A stretch of 64,000 nt of DNA from Callorhinchus milii (GCF_018977255.1 NW_024704743.1:79920001-79984000); one strand, 5' to 3'. Shown: positions 1 through 15,300, numbered from the stretch's first letter. Program-made: numbers and translations. The notes: generated by a model from the letters alone, not told the origin.

Positions 1-3000
1 GGTAGAGAAGGGGTTCATCACAGATGAACCTAATCTTGCTCTCACCCAACACCCACTCCAGCAGTATCACTGGATAGCAATCAGAAGCAGAACTGTGGCT
101 GATTGACCCTCTCCAGGAGCCAGAGTCAGTAAGGCTCTGGCTGACTCTGGTTTTACTGACTGCGCATTCAGGGAAGGGGAACGAACCCTTTTCACATCCT
201 TTGTGGCTTCTTGCTAATTTCAGAAAGTTATTTCTGAAAGAAGAAAGCCTGGTGATCATTTTTAATAATCACCAGGCTAAAATAAAAGATACCCAGTAAT
301 TCTTGGACATCGTTGGAAGTTGACATGACCTTTGATGCTGTTTTCTCTGTTCAGTGGATTAAAGTTGGCTCGCTGGATGGATTACTGCTCCTACAATAAG
401 AGACCTGACGGCAGGTTGATAACACATATGGTGCCAGATTTGAACAATGCTGCTGCAATGACTAAGCACGAGCCTGTGATCCTCAGCTGACAAGCATTTA
501 ATCTTTTCTCAATTAACGTTCCTTTTCTCCTTCAACTATAAAACAATTTATCATCAATGGAGAAAAGAAGGTTAGGAGTTCAAGCCCCACATAAGAACTT
601 TGAACTCACAGAGTCTAGACTGATGCTCCAATACAATGCTGGGGGAGGGTTGCATTACGGGAGGTGCTGTAACTTGGAAGAGTCATTAAACAGAGACCCA
701 CCTGTCTATTTAGGTAGATGTTAGTAATCCTATGGTACTACAGTATTCAAAAAGAGAAAGAAGTTTCTCAACAACAACTTGCATTAATATAGCACCCCTT
801 ATAGATTAAATCAAGAAATATTCAATCAAGAAAAAGCTGAAAACACACTACCTTTCAAACGTGGACTACCGTGGGCCACTTCCAGCCCACAGACAACAGG
901 TTGGCCGCCACTGCTCTTATGGATAAGGAGTCTGACTGCGGAGTCAGTCTTCAGTAAGGTGTGGACTGCTGCCGAAGCCAGCCTCAGATTAAACATTCAA
1001 CTCTTTGTTCCGGGTAACCTAACAGCTTAGAAACTTTCTGAAATTAGCAAGAAGCCACAAAGGATGTGAAAAGGGTTAGCAGCTCTGGCCATCCTCAGCA
1101 GATTCTCAATATGAGTAAGTTGTGTGAGCTACTACCAATATCAATAAAGAGGACTGGGCAGAATTTGGAAGAAGAAATCCCACAAGCAGACAGTCAATAT
1201 CTTTTAGCATTTGTGTATTCTGATATAAAAGCTTTCAGAAACAACAAACATCTTTAGAATAGACCTTGGTGGTTTCCAAAAATTGCATGCACCACAAAAA
1301 TTTTACAGCAACTATTTCATACCAATAGAAAACCACCAGCAATGAAATACTAGTACAAAACCACAGACACTGCTATGAAAGTGATATAGAGAAAGTAATC
1401 ACCAACCTCCCTTACCATCACTGCTCTGATTTCAGAAACACTGCTGCAACATGAAAAGTACTTTTGGAAAGTATGGCAGCGGGTTATGGATAGTTGCTAT
1501 TCAATGACATTACAAGATAAGGGCTTCAATCAAAGGACACATCCAATTGGAGGGTGTAGTGAGAAATTGACCCATGGGTTGATGGCTAGACTGACAGGGC
1601 TCAATCAGAGCTCCAAAACCATTATTACTATTACTTATTGTTATAACAACAACATGAATAAGGTCAAATTGGCATTAATTGCCACACCTTACTAATACAA
1701 GCATAGCATATATGTGTGGTGGTGGGGGGGGAAAGTGGTGGTGGTCTCAAAAATGTAAACATGCTGAATGTCAAACACAAGCATGCAACAGCAGTGCTTG
1801 AGATAAAGGGGCTGGAACATCAAGAAAGGCACACACCAACGGAGAAACACAGAGAATATTTCTGCATTAGCGCATCACCAGGTTCCACTTAATGAAACAC
1901 GCTCAGTTGGTCAGTATTAGCCAACTGCAATACAATTTATGCCTCTCTCTTTTTACTCCCAGGATCTGGATTTAAACCCAATCCAGACTGGTGGGAGGGA
2001 CACAATTCAAGTCTCCCTTATAATGCATGGCATAGTTAAACTTTTTGGTGGACTAACTTGGATGATTCTAGTTGCACCCTGCCTTGCTGAATCAATGATC
2101 TGAACAACAAAACGATTGCAAGCAATGGCTTCATTACATCAGTGGTGCTAATAAATTCTTCTGAAAAAGTGCAAGTTTAATGTCTCCTTCCCCCAGTCAA
2201 GTTCTTCCTTTAAATTTCAGGCCATCAATAACACAAAAACAGATCACAAAAGCACTGCAAGCACAAAAGCAAAATGGAGAAACCAGCCAGTCACTGCACT
2301 ACATTTATCCTGGGTGCCACAGGATAAAAGGGTTAAGAAGTCAAAAAATGAAGAATGTAAGGGTACCATCTACAGGGACAACTGCTGGAAAGTGCTTCCA
2401 CATGTGACTGTGAGGAAGAAAACAGCAACAATCTGAATATTTCCAGCCCCCCCACGTGGTTCAAACAGAAACACTGATCAATAGCTAACACACAAAAAAT
2501 ATGCGAGGCACTGGAAGGCATCTGTAGAAACATAAGCCAACCAAGAATCAACAAAATTTCAAGGGAAATTTATTTGCGTTCAAATTAACAATCACTACAC
2601 TTTGACAGCAATTACATACGCAGAAGCACTTTGAGACATTTCAACATTAAAGACGAAAATATGCAAGGATGACGACTATGATAATTATTATTACAAATAA
2701 AAAAAAGAAACTTTTGAGGGAAAGAAACAGAAATTCGTGTGTGTGCATGATTAAACAGAAGTACTCTACAGGTAATGAACTAAAAGATGTGCAGGATCCC
2801 TTGCTTGATGGCTTGCATGAATGCTCACAGCGTTCTCACTGCACCGGGTATGTGGTTGAACTGATCCTGATCACCAGTCTGTTTTACATCTAAATGTATA
2901 GAATAAACGTCAGGACAATTATCAATTGTGTTCAATAGATTAAGACATCTTAATCAAATTGGAATCTCATTCCGTGAGTTTGTGGGGTGGGAGGGGAGTT

Positions 3001-4919
3001 GAAAGAGGTTTAAAAAAAATAGGATTTCTTACTGTTATCTCCCATCACAACACACTTTCTGCTTCATTTAGGAATCCAGCACCATCTGCGTATTGAGCTT
3101 CACAGGTGCTGGCCCTAGCTAACAGCTGATGTGTTTCTGCATAGAAGGGTTGATCCTGAAAGTTTATTATCACAATCTCCACCCGCCCATCCACCCACCA
3201 ACCTCCAAGTAACCATCATACACTACTGCCAACTAGTGTTATGGATGGAGTCCAGCTGAGAGACATGGATTGACCTGCACCAATGCAGGGATTCATTTAG
3301 CATGGCTGGGATTCTTCTGCTTTCCTGTCTCATTCTCATCCACATGTGCAGTCTGATCCCAATTCCAGGCAAGAAGAAACACAGGCAGGTCAAAGCACTT
3401 TATCCTGGACCTTGAGTAACAAACTCTTAATCTCCTCAAGGTTTTACATACCTGGGGTATTATCCAAGGCAATTTGCAAACAACAACTATCATCAAGAGG
3501 GAAGCAGTGTGTACAATTCCCAGGGCTACAGCTCTCCATGGGGTCTGGTCTGAAAGGTGCCCTTGAAACAACTATCATCTTAAATTCCATCCCAGTTTGA
3601 AAGCATAGCTGATGAACCTTACCAGTGTCTCCAGCGTCTCAAAAATCAGCTGTCTTACACTGTGGGACATCTTGGCTCAGTTGGAGGCATTCTCACCTCA
3701 GAGTCAGAAAGTTGTGGGTTCAAGCCCCACATTTGGACTCTGAACTAATAATCGTCTAAGATGACATTTCAGTGGAGTGATGAGGGGGGTGCTACATTGT
3801 CAGAAGTGCTGACCTTCAGATGAGACGTTAAACAAGTCATAGAATCATAGAATTATACAGCACAGAGGAGGCCATTCGGACCATTGCGTCTGTGCTGAAT
3901 CTTTATAAGAACTATCCAAATCAATCCCACTCCCCCGCTCTCTCCCCATAGTCCTGCAAACTTCACAGGATTTACTGTAAAGTATGGTAACTAAAATACT
4001 TCCTCTTCCTTGCTTCCTTTCATCCCCACCCCTGCCTCCCACACAATTATGAGAACAGATGAGAACAGGATTGGGCTTAGCTGTGATGCTACTTATTAAA
4101 CAGAGCCAGAGAATAATCTGCCTACACTCACTATCGCTCATCCATGCTCAAAGTAATGGAGAACAGCCAGTGCCTGTGAAACAGTTCCCCAGCATGAGTC
4201 TGTGTCATCAGGAAAACAGAGGGCCAAATTGGAGGCAGGCGGGAGAAGAGAAGAATGTGCAGTGTTCAAGAGGTGTCCAGTACCTGGGACGTGGATGAGC
4301 AATATTGGTAGAGCACTCGACTCACAAGCAAGAGAACCTGGGTTTGATCCCCAGACAGGGCGATACCTTCGGTAAGTTTCCTTACTCGACACACCTCTGT
4401 TTAGCTAGCAGTAAGTAGGAACCCGGTTGTCAGTCAATTGGCAGATCGATTTCCAGGGGTAATAATCCCTTCCAAAAATAATTATTTGGTACTCAATCCA
4501 CGACTGTTTGAGGGACACTGCTGTGTGCAATTGGCTGCCACATTTCACCAGAACATTTACAGTCAATTCACTTCACAGTATAGTCTGTGAACTGCCTTGC
4601 TTCGTCTCAACAAAGTGATAAGGCGCTATATCAATTGCAAGGATTATTATTATAACAGAAAAGGGACCCATCTACAGAACTCCAGTTATCTTTCACAAAT
4701 CAGTGTGTTGGAATAAAACAGGGACCACAGGCAAGAAAGTTTGGTAAGAATCAAAGCTTGAGCTAAAACCACATAGCTTGCCTTTGAAAGCACTGTGTGG
4801 CAAGCTACCCGTTGCTGGTCCAGCCAAAAGCTATTTGTTAGGGCTTGTGAGGTTAACAAGAGCCAAGTGGGAAGAATCTCTACTATTTCAAGTCTTACCG
4901 ACGAGCCAGGCTAGCTGGT

Positions 4920-5490
4920 CTAGCAGGTAGGGTAGGCTGAGGCGATGGAGGGATTTGAAAACATGGGCAAGAAGTTTGAATTTGATCCACTGGATAAGGA
5001 GCCACAGGAGCTGAGTGAGGAGGGAGTAAAGACTTGAGGAGTCTGGTTCGGGAGAGGATACAAGTTTCTGAGTTCTTGATGATCTGCACTCATGTAAGCA
5101 GGATTCTGTGGCATCCAGCAAGCAAGGTCTTCAATTAATCAAGCCTACAAGTGATGAGAGCGTGGAAGAGGGTCTCGGCCGTCAAGGGGGAGAGTTAGTG
5201 GTGAAGGCAGAAGACGTTGTGGAAGTGTGGGAAAGATGAGCTAGTGAGACCCCAGATGTGGAGCTTAAAAGACAGTTGGGATCAAACAAGACATTGAAGC
5301 GCGGCACTGATTCACAGTGATCTGGGAATCAAGGGTAAAGGCACAGAGATAGAGTTAAATTATCACCTGCGTGGATGTGGAGCCCACGCCTACAGGTATG
5401 TCAGCGAGTAATATATAGTTAGCGAAAAAAAAGGAACAGAGGAGATAGAGCCCGGAGGAATGAAGTGCAGGATGTGAGAGGGCAGGAAGA
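4920..5490 (-). mobile_element. Older L2 LINE fragment
   Basis: LLWLLIQWIKFKLLAHVFKSLH.LS.PYL resembles the L2 ORF2 C-terminus. Confidence 0.7.
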
Positions 5491-6199
5491 GAAAAAGTTA
5501 TTTTAAAAATAAAAACACAATAACCAGTAATCCATTGTTTTGATTTCAGTAATAAACTTGCTCAACTTTTCTAAGTTGAAGAGCAATATTTATTAAACTG
5601 ACAAATCTGAAAAACCTGGAAAAACAGACATTTCATAACTGAATATCAACTCTACAAAGCCGTCCGCTCACTCGCACTGATCTGAGGAACGGAATTTGGC
5701 ATGCACCCTTGTATCCTCTGAAACACAGTCCACTTTTCCTTTCAGTTGCAGTATCAGGAGAAGAGGTGAAATAAGTGTGGCAGTGAACAAACCTGGTAAA
5801 CACCAGCCCTTCTGCCATCCCACCTTCAGGTTGCGGAACACAGTGTTTGTGACAATCGTACATTAACTGGACTCCCCTTTCCAATACAAAGTGAGGCTAA
5901 AACAACTTGGGTTACTTTAGATAACCAGGTATCAAAAACATGTAGAAACCCATCACCATGCTCAAGAGCATCTAAACCAAACAGAATTGCATGCAACCCA
6001 CCTATACCTGGAAATAGCTATGCCTGGAATGGAATGCACTCAGGGCACATCCTGATTATCTAATTCTGGAGAGTATTTGGTGGAAGCTGGCAAGAGCCAT
6101 GGTTGAGGCACCAGAGTGTGCATTGTTGTACTTCTGGAGTTCAACTAAAACTGCATCCGTTGAAAGCACACTTGCAAAACAGTCTATATGCGGAAATTG

Positions 6200-6515
6200 C
6201 TATTGTAGACAGAAGATGTCTCTTCAGTCCGGAAGAGGAATCCAAGTCAAGAGGACACAATCCTAAAATTAGAACTGAACCGGTTAGAATTGAGATCAGA
6301 AAACAAATCTTCACAGGGGATTGCAAGAATGTGGCAGTCACTGCCCCAGAAAGTCAGAGATGCAGAATTGATTGGTATGTTTACAAAAAGCGACATAAGT
6401 TTGTGAAGCAAGGGTATTAAGAGATACAGAGAAAGGGCAGGGAAATGGGATTGCCTCAATCAAATAAAATGATGGAATAGGTTCAATGGTCTGAAATGCC
6501 TATGTTCCTATATTA
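6200..6515 (+). mobile_element. Degraded CR1 3' fragment
   Basis: ESKSRGHNPKI...FT peptide and a tail resembling aatgcctatgttccta. Confidence 0.6.
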
Positions 6516-8159
6516 GACTGTTTTTTAAAAAAATCTTAATCAGCACCATACATGTTACATGTCCATGTAGCTACAGAATAAATTATATGACTAACAACAT
6601 CAATTTTATTTCCTGGCCTATTTTGCTATGATAAGTGGAGCCTGACTCAAGGCTTGCACCGTTCGGGCAAGCAAAGAGCTTGCAGGAGAGGCTGGTACTG
6701 TCGTGGGTGATAGCTAACAGGCTTGCTTTGTCTGCAAGTCTGGTCCTGTTGGATTTGATCCAAGAGTTTAACAAAAAGGATTTTTATCGCAGTTGTCTGA
6801 CATGAATTTGAACCCAGGACCCAGAGAATAAATGAAAGTATTCAACCCTTCCCTGACCCTTCGGTTTTGATAAATCAACCCCTCTCCATTTATTTATTAA
6901 ATTAAAGGTTCTTCACACCATTTCCCTTATTTTGCATGGAATGACACCTGAAAATAGAATTGGTGATCACATAGTCTGATTTTAAGATGAGGATAATGAC
7001 ACACGTTGCCTCTGAATGAGAGATAAGAGTCTGCTCTTGTACATTCTCTTCCCCTCCCCCCACCCCTTCTGCTGGAGATATTGCAGCCTCTGCCCCTTAT
7101 TCAACACAGCTCACATCAGGAACTGCAGAACTTGAGCCAGCATCCATCCTGTCCTCAGCTCACACAGCCAGCTCCAGTTGCCAACTTTACCCCAAAAGGA
7201 ATTATTTTTAAAAAAAGACCAGACTGTGCAAATACAACAACTTGCATTTACGGAACACTTTTCATGTAGGGCAACAATACAAATTGCTTGAAAGATGGGG
7301 ATGGACACTTAGCAAGGAAGATGGGGAGGAAGGTGACCTTAGCATGGGCAAAGAAATTGGGTTTCATGCGGGTTTTAAAGATAGAGGGAGCAAGATGGAG
7401 AGATTTATGGAGAGTTTCAAAGGTTATGGGCATAGTGGCTGAATGCATAGCTACTGATAGCGGTGTGGGAGAGGGAAAAAGGGAAGATGATCGAGTAATC
7501 TCTTAAACTCCCTTCTTCAAACCCTCCACTTCACCCCCTTATCATCTTCAAACCCCACCAGAAGATCTACCTTTTTGACCACCCCAAAGGACACCTCCCC
7601 TTCTCCCTTGCTTGGTGTCCAACCTCTCCTCTGTACAGCACTCCTGGTGCTATATAAATGTTGTGCAGCAGGCCCAAGTTTTCTGTGCAGAGCTCAGAGT
7701 AGGAGATTGAGGCTGGAGAAGATCAGAGGCAGGCAGATGTGACAGGGTATAGGGATTTGTAGGTGAGATTGAGGATCTTGAGGTCAATCCATTAGGAGAC
7801 AGTAAAGCTGAGCAAGATCAGGGTAACAGCATCAAAAAAAGTTTCATATGGGTAAAATACCTCAAGCTTTTTCTACAATGTGTAAGCAACAAGTGGTCTT
7901 GGGGATACATATGCAATGTTTTCCTAACGACATTGTAATGCTTACTAAGGTGAAATGGGTGCAATAATCTGTGCATGTGCTACAGTGCCTTATTACATCA
8001 TTGAAAGTGCTTCATTAGATTCTGCTGTGAAGTGCAGTTCCTGTTTTTCTGTAAGCGAATGCAGCAGCCAATTTGTCCACAGCAGGATCCCAGAAACCAC
8101 CATGAAGTGAATGACCAATTTCATTTGGTGGATTGTTAGCCAGGACACAGGGAGAACCT

Positions 8160-8640
8160 GAGCCAGGCGGGTTCACAGCAGTCCAGGGCAGTAACAGTAC
8201 AGCCACCCTGACTCATCGGCTGGACTTGGAAGGACAGACCAGTCAATAACTGGGGTAGAGACTCTTCCCATTCAGCTACCATTAACCCTGCAAATCAAAG
8301 CCCTAACATGTAGGGTGGTCCTAGCTGGACAAGCAGGGGGAAAGCTTGCCAGACAGTGCTATAAATGACAAGCTATGTGAGTTTAGCTGGTTAGACTCCA
8401 GCACTACCCCAATACACATTCTGGGGTCGCCAAGCCATGGCTTTTGCCAACCTGCACCTAATACTTTACTGCATTAGTTAAGCAGGATGCGTCCCTCCGG
8501 AGGGTACGCATTCCATTCCAATAAACATCTCTGGAATTTCCATGTATGGGTGGGATGCATTAAACTCTGTTTGGTTTGAATACTCTTAAGCATGGTGATG
8601 GGTATCCACATGTGTCAGACACCCAGCTGCCAAAAAATAG
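8160..8640 (+). repeat. Unclassified ~0.5 kb interspersed repeat
   Basis: Blocks such as tgaatactcttaagcatgg, tgggtgggatgcat and tagctggacaagcag recur at 5890-6105(-), 9420-9590(+), 14455-14550(+), 18650-18880(-), 34900-35230(-) and 60270-60495(-). Confidence 0.7.
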
Positions 8641-11600
8641 TTTTCTCCCTTGAAGTCTCCGACTTCACTTTTTAATTTTGATTTCTTACTGAGTTCATCT
8701 TCCAGCACCCTTTACAACATCATGCTAAAATAAATTTACATCCATTTCTTAGGGCACTTCCAAATCTTCAATGTAAAAAATACAAGCAACAGGAAATACA
8801 TGTAAAATTCTGGCAACAGCAACGTTTTAGCTTCAGTGTATATGGTGTTGTGTAAATATTTAATCACAGCAAAAATTACTGCACATTGTACTCCACCTCA
8901 CCAGACAAGTATAAGAATGAGAGAAGGGCACTAGGTTCATCCACATCTTTGCAATAACAGTCTATTTTCTAGTTCTAAAAAGTGCTTAAAACGTGTGTCC
9001 CTTTCACTGATCAGGATTGTTGACTTTGTATTATTTTCACAGGTTTATATAATTATTTACATAATAAACAGTAATAATAATCCTTGCATCTAAGATATTC
9101 TTTGATCAGCTGTCAGTTGCCAGTCAGTGTTTTACATTTTGTCTGTTTGCATTTTTAAATTGAAGGATTTAAACTGCACCAAGTAACTGAACAAAACTCC
9201 AAGTTATGCACAAAGGACCTCCTAAAGCCTTAAATTGGTCCCAGCCTAAAGACCATTCATTATCTTATGTAGCCATTGTAACAATCACTGTCTTAAAACC
9301 TTGGGGGCGGGCTGGGGGTGCCTGGAGAGGTAAGCAGGGTCTCTTTGGGGGATGCTTGCCCACAGAATGTCAGAATCCAGTTAATACTCTGAATTGTTGA
9401 CTGGATTCAGAATTGTTGTCAGCAGTCTGAATTGTCTGGCCCGAGTCAGGCAGGCATGCAATACTCTAAGTCTAAGGCACTGCTGATGACAGGCCAGCCA
9501 TAGTTGAGATTTGGAAGAGCACATCACTGAGATTCTTCCCCCTCAGCTCCCGTTAACCCTGTAAACCAAAACCTAGGTGGTGTTAGCTGGGGGAGGGCGG
9601 GGGAGAAGAGGATAAAGTAAAAAAAAACACTGGCCTTTCCAATGTTTCAATTACATTATATTATCAGGTTTTCTGATCCTCCCCTGAAACGATGACTGGT
9701 CAGCGCGTAAACAATATCCAGCTCAAGGGTGACATTATGTTGCAGTGACTCATTTACGAGTTAAAGCAATGACAGGTTTTTAAATTTTGCCTCAACTAGC
9801 AGCCCTTCCCACCCAACCGTAAGGCATCAAGAACAATAAGGTGTTATTGTCAAACATTGATAATTGCTGTGCCTGCAACATATTGTATTATGGTACAAAC
9901 AAGGCTTAGCACTGTTGTGGTATTCTGCATTTGTGTTATAAGAATTAATGAATCCTTGCATTTGATATAGCGTCTTTCACGTCGGGAGGAGATCTCAAAG
10001 AGCTTCACAGGATTCATTGTAACGTGTAGTGACTGTGCATTTTGTTAAAACGCATTATGATTCTATATATGCATATTGAAGGGGAGCGGATCAAAGTCTA
10101 AAACAGATCCTGTACAGCAGCAGATATTCAGAGGGATTCTATAAAGATTCAAACCACCCTTACTAGATGCAGTCACACTTTCCTATGGCCCATCCCTTTT
10201 GTGGCCCCCAGCCTTCTGTTGCAAGGATGAGTTCTGAGAAACCTGGAAGTTAATGCTGCCATTAATAGCAAGCATCAAGCCGCTTTGCTTTAGTCACGCT
10301 TAAGAAGCTCTGCTGTACTTTGTTTATATTAACCTGAAATACACAGCAAACATGCAGCTGTATCTTCCCTTCACCTATTCTAACAGAAAACAGTTACCGA
10401 ATTTCTAACAGAATTGAAACACAAAAGAACAAAAAAAATCTGTTAGCACATCGCTCCACAAACTAAATATGCTGGCATTTTTGTACTCAGCTATTCTCAG
10501 AAACCAATCTCCTGGAACCAACCCCAAATCTGAGACGACAAGCAGTGTGGATGATTCAACAAGAATCCCTGGGCCAGAAAGGAGAAAAATCCATCAGGGT
10601 TCCTGCTCCTTATTCCATCTAGCAGCTCCTGTTGTAAACGTGCAGGCATAGATATTGGGAGAGGACAAAATGAGGTTTGCCTGTCATATCCCTCTTTCCT
10701 GTGCTTGCCAACACTGATTGCATATAGACTCGCTGTGTGAGGTACTGGGAGGCCAGGAGCTGTAGCAATGCAATCAGCAGAAATCACCTCCCTCAGTGGA
10801 GAACAGCAGGAAGGGAGAGAAATGATGGGTGACTGCTAACTTTATACGCGTGTCTGTTTGTCTGCGTACGTGTGTGGGGGGGAGGGGGGGGGGGGGGGAA
10901 GAGAGATTAGGCGTCAGGTCACTAGATACAAATGTAGGTCCTCCTAACCTGTAAGGAGCTATATAAATGCAATGTGTTATTGTTATTAGCAGTGAGACTA
11001 TGAGCAACAATGTGGTGACTTAACAGATCATGGTTGTCAGAGAAAGCATGTGATTAAAGGATGTACTCTCTCTCCTGTTTGTGCTGTGTCTAGGTAACTC
11101 AAGGATTCAGAAGGCTGGAGTTTGCATCAGAGTTCTTGGTCAAGGCTGAGTTGTTTTCCTGTATGCCTACTCTGGTGACGCTGAGTTTGCTAGTGGTTGC
11201 TTAGCATCTCAGTTCACAGATGATCCACACACAGCTTTTTATTTACCTGACTGGCTACTGGGAAAATGGGAGGGAGGCAGGCAGGCAGAGGGAGAGGAAA
11301 AAAGGAAAGAGAAAGAGTTCAAGTAAGCAACAAATGACAAGAAAATGAAAAATGTAGCCCTACTTTGAAAGTAGATTTCTGTTTTTCAATATGATTTAAA
11401 GAGAAGAGGGTAGATGAGAGAGGGTGCACTAAACAATAAAAAATAATAATCTTTTCTACTACATCTTGACTACATCTGTCAGATACCACTCTGTTGCTCA
11501 TGGTCACACTGATAAGGTCAAGATGTCAAGCAGCCTCTGATCCAGCCCTACAACTGTAGTCCTCATCAGACCAGCTGATTTTAGCATTATAGAAACATAA

Positions 11601-11812
11601 CAAGAAAGGTGGATGGCCTGTGCCAGATTCCTTAGAAACATATTCATCAAATCATGTACCCAGCAGCAATCAAATTATAAATTCATTTTGACTTTACTTT
11701 CTATTTATTTCCTCCTCTGGAAGGTGTTGGGGAATGGTCCGATAGGTGGCCCCACCCTTCAGTACCTCGCGCATGTGATAGTTCTTCACGAGTGCATGTT
11801 GGTACACTAAAT

Positions 11813-12328
11813 CAGTGTGGTCCAACTCGTGGCCCAGGGGGTGATTTCACCCAACCTGAGAGCACAGTCAACAGCTTGTCCGGAACCCAGACTTGGTCTG
11901 ACCCGGAAAAACAGCAGCGTTGGGTGTCAGTCGGCAGCAGATCTTGTCGATCACTTTCAAACCAGTAACAGTTGAGAAACGGGAGAGATACAGAGACATT
12001 GAGAGAGAGAGATAGAGCCATTGAGAGCGAAAGGAGAGAGAAAGATACAGAGACAGATACCTCATTGGCAGCTATGTTGTTATTTTAAAATTTGTATGAA
12101 TTTTTACACTGCATATTTAAATTTTACACCGCCTATTCAAAGCTTACATTGTAACTAGAATATAGTGAAATTAAGCAATACAGTTACACAATTTAAAACA
12201 TAGGATTTCTATGATTCTTTCAGGTTATGTTTCTGGAAGGGAAACACAAAAATATTGCTTATGCGACGCGTGGACATTTTTCAAATCCAGCATCCAGTCC
12301 CCAGCAGCCAAAAGGTTGGACCGCCCTG
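11813..12328. mobile_element. Non-autonomous hAT (Charlie-type) element / MITE, 516 bp
   Basis: TIRs CAGTGTGGTCCAAC and GTTGGACCGCCCTG (12/14 complementary). Flanking 8-mers cactaaat and cattacat (6/8, central TA) fit an 8-bp hAT target-site duplication. Confidence 0.75.
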
Positions 12329-15300
12329 CATTACATTATTAAACTATTGAAAAAGCATCAGTACTGACCATGACTGGTATCCGCAAGTGTGCTTTCCAGC
12401 AGGGGTCTCTCTGAGTGGTGATCAGCTGTGGGAATCTGGCTGATATATTTTCCTTTTAAACTCAAGAGCTCTAGCGAGGCTATCTGTAATTAGCTGATCT
12501 GATCCAGGGTAGCAGTCAGAGGGCTACAATTGGCCTTGACTGCATCTAGGTTAGGGAAAGAAAGTAGAATATCAGCCAAAGTTCCCAATCCAGTTTGCTA
12601 GCCAGCAAAAGCACTGCTCCCCAACCCCCCACATACTTCACGTCACCAACAATTTCTTCCACCCTGTCCTGACCTACTCTCCTAAATGTAATAAAACGCT
12701 GCTTGGAGGCAGTTCCATGCATGCTGTTTGCCTTCCAGAATCTCACATGTGTTAGTTGATATACTATGAGTGTTTACCAGCTATTTGAGATCGCTGAGAT
12801 AAGCGTCAACTTGGCTCAATTGGCATTAGTCTTGCCTCTGAGCAAAAAGGCTGTGGGTTAAAGCCCCATTCAGGAGATTGGGAACAGTTCCGGGTTTTCC
12901 AAACCTGGGGCCAATTATAGCATTCCAACTGCTGCTCTGGCTGTGTTTGGAAATAGCAATCTTTTGGTCTGTTTGCCTTAGTTAACTCATCTCCTGAGCT
13001 CATGTCTTACACCTTTATTCTTGGATCAGAGGCTGCCTGACAAGTCGACAGAAAATGTCAATTTTTGTGAACAAAACTGAGGCAAACAGAGGCTGCTGCT
13101 GTAACAGGAGTTCTCTGCACATGCTGTGGTTATCTTGATTATAAACGAGTCATCATTTACAAGTACAGTTCCATACCCTCCTATGTTTAATTTGTCTTGT
13201 TTAAACTCTGTAAATGCACTGCTTAGCTTCATAGGGGTACAGAGGTGATTGTAAGCCTTTATACTCCCGAGAAGTCTTTACAATAAGAAGTGCTGTGGGT
13301 GGTTGGTGCTGGGTTGTACCAACACTTGGGGGGGAGGTGGGGGGCTCATGTTGTGAAACATCACTGGGAGGGACTTTGGACAGAACAGATGTATGATAAA
13401 TAAATCAGATAATAGGGAATGGGAAGACAGCAATGTGAGCTGATCATTCAGGCATACACGCGTTAAGAAAAGGCAATGTTTCGAACTTTGATGGTGTTGC
13501 TCTAAATTCAACACGTCAGCAACTCCTTCCTAATTATTCTATGCAGAATTTCCCTTGTTCTCTTCCCTCCGTAACCTGGTCAAAGAAAAGTTAAGTATTC
13601 ATTACGAAACTAAAGTACCACATGTAATGAAAACAACAGAGCGTGGGTTGTGTAATATGCTGCAACAGTATTGTTTCTCCTCTTGAATCTGGACTCAAAC
13701 CCAGTCTAGGTTGATGGAATGAAAGGCTCTTCTTATCTAGGATGGCTGCAAAGGTCGTATGTGCAACCAGTTTGGGCAAGCTTAACCCAGTTACTGTGGA
13801 TTTAGGTGCACAGGACATATCTAAATTGCTGTCTCATTCAGTGGAAAAACTGAAATTTCACTTCAATATAACAGGGGGGCATGCTTCTGAAGGTTGGAGA
13901 GGCCTGGGACTCAGAATGGAGGGCACTTTACACTATGAATTCTGCTCATCGCTGACAGTGGATAACCAGTACTGACATATGTCATCTCAATAAGCACAAA
14001 TTTCACACAAAAATATTTTTTAAAAAAGAAATAACTATAGTATTTAGCCTTGTGCTATTTTGTATTAAAGATCAAGCAGTAGTCTCTCAAAGAGATACAA
14101 TTTAATTACAATAGTAAAAGTAGACTGCCTCAGCTGGACTCTTTTTCACACAGAGACGCCAAAACACTCCTTTGAAAAAAGCCATGGTGGGTTAAATATT
14201 TTCAAATGACCCACTCATAATTTAGATTTCAGGAGGCATGAAGTACCTGGTTAGAGACAGATCTGAAGGGATTATACATTCAATGAGTCCAAGGTTCAAG
14301 AATACACTATTTATGTTTTGGGTTCCAACATACTGGTAAAGAAAGTCAGAAGAATTCATCAAGTTAGGAACAAAACATTCAGTGCTCTACACTCACTGTA
14401 GTCACTAGAGGCCACTAAGATTTTTTGGTCAGACACATGTGTAAAGGCATCACTAAGTTCAAGAATATCCAAAACTGGGACTCACAGTAGGTTTGAATAC
14501 TCTTAAGCATGGCAATAGGTTTCTGCATGAGTCAGACATTCAGCTCACCAAATTGTTAAATTTATTTTGTAGGTCATTGGTTGCCACTGACCAAATCTAA
14601 CATTGCAGGAGAATGTTACCACTGTGTCTAATGTCTTGGGCCCTCAACATTTCAACCCAGGTAAGCTTGGGAGTAAGAACAATAGAACAAAACAGATTCA
14701 GCTAATACACTTGCCATATCTGTGTGAGAGAGTCCAGCTGAGGCAGACTTCTAGCTAAACATCAAGTGAATCTCGATGTTTCTACACAGAAAAGTGGTTG
14801 CACTTCATGGTCTTGGGGCAATGGGAATTTCAACATGCTAGGAAGACATTTTTCAACCAAACCGGATCTTTATTGAGGGTTCATTTATGTGGTCCAATTC
14901 TGTGCAAGTTTAAACATCAAGAGCTGGCTTCACAACCGCATGGATTTGGAATCACCCAAATGCGACCTGGCATCAGATTCAAGGCCAGTTCATTGGTGAC
15001 CATCCAACCGACCAGCAATCAACCTCAGACAGCATCTAAGTCTTATTCTCCCTCGTGCTCAATAGCCTTACTCCATTTTTCTCTTTTCACCTGTGGGCAA
15101 GACTTAGAATTCACAGGTCAGTGCCATTCTGTAAGGTGTATTCTTCAAACTGATCCTGGCATTTGATACATTGAAACATTTCAAACTGCTTCACAGGGAA
15201 TTGCTGTCAAGTATCATGACTGCCTAATTGTAGATAAACAAAGCAACCAAATGTTTGCACAACAATGTCTCACAAACAACCATGAAGGGCGAGGCGAGCC

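Noticed and set aside
5745..5800. Possible small plus-strand exon (tttcag...ctg|gtaaac)
   Set aside because: Weak donor, no partner exons and no protein similarity; cannot be supported without transcripts.
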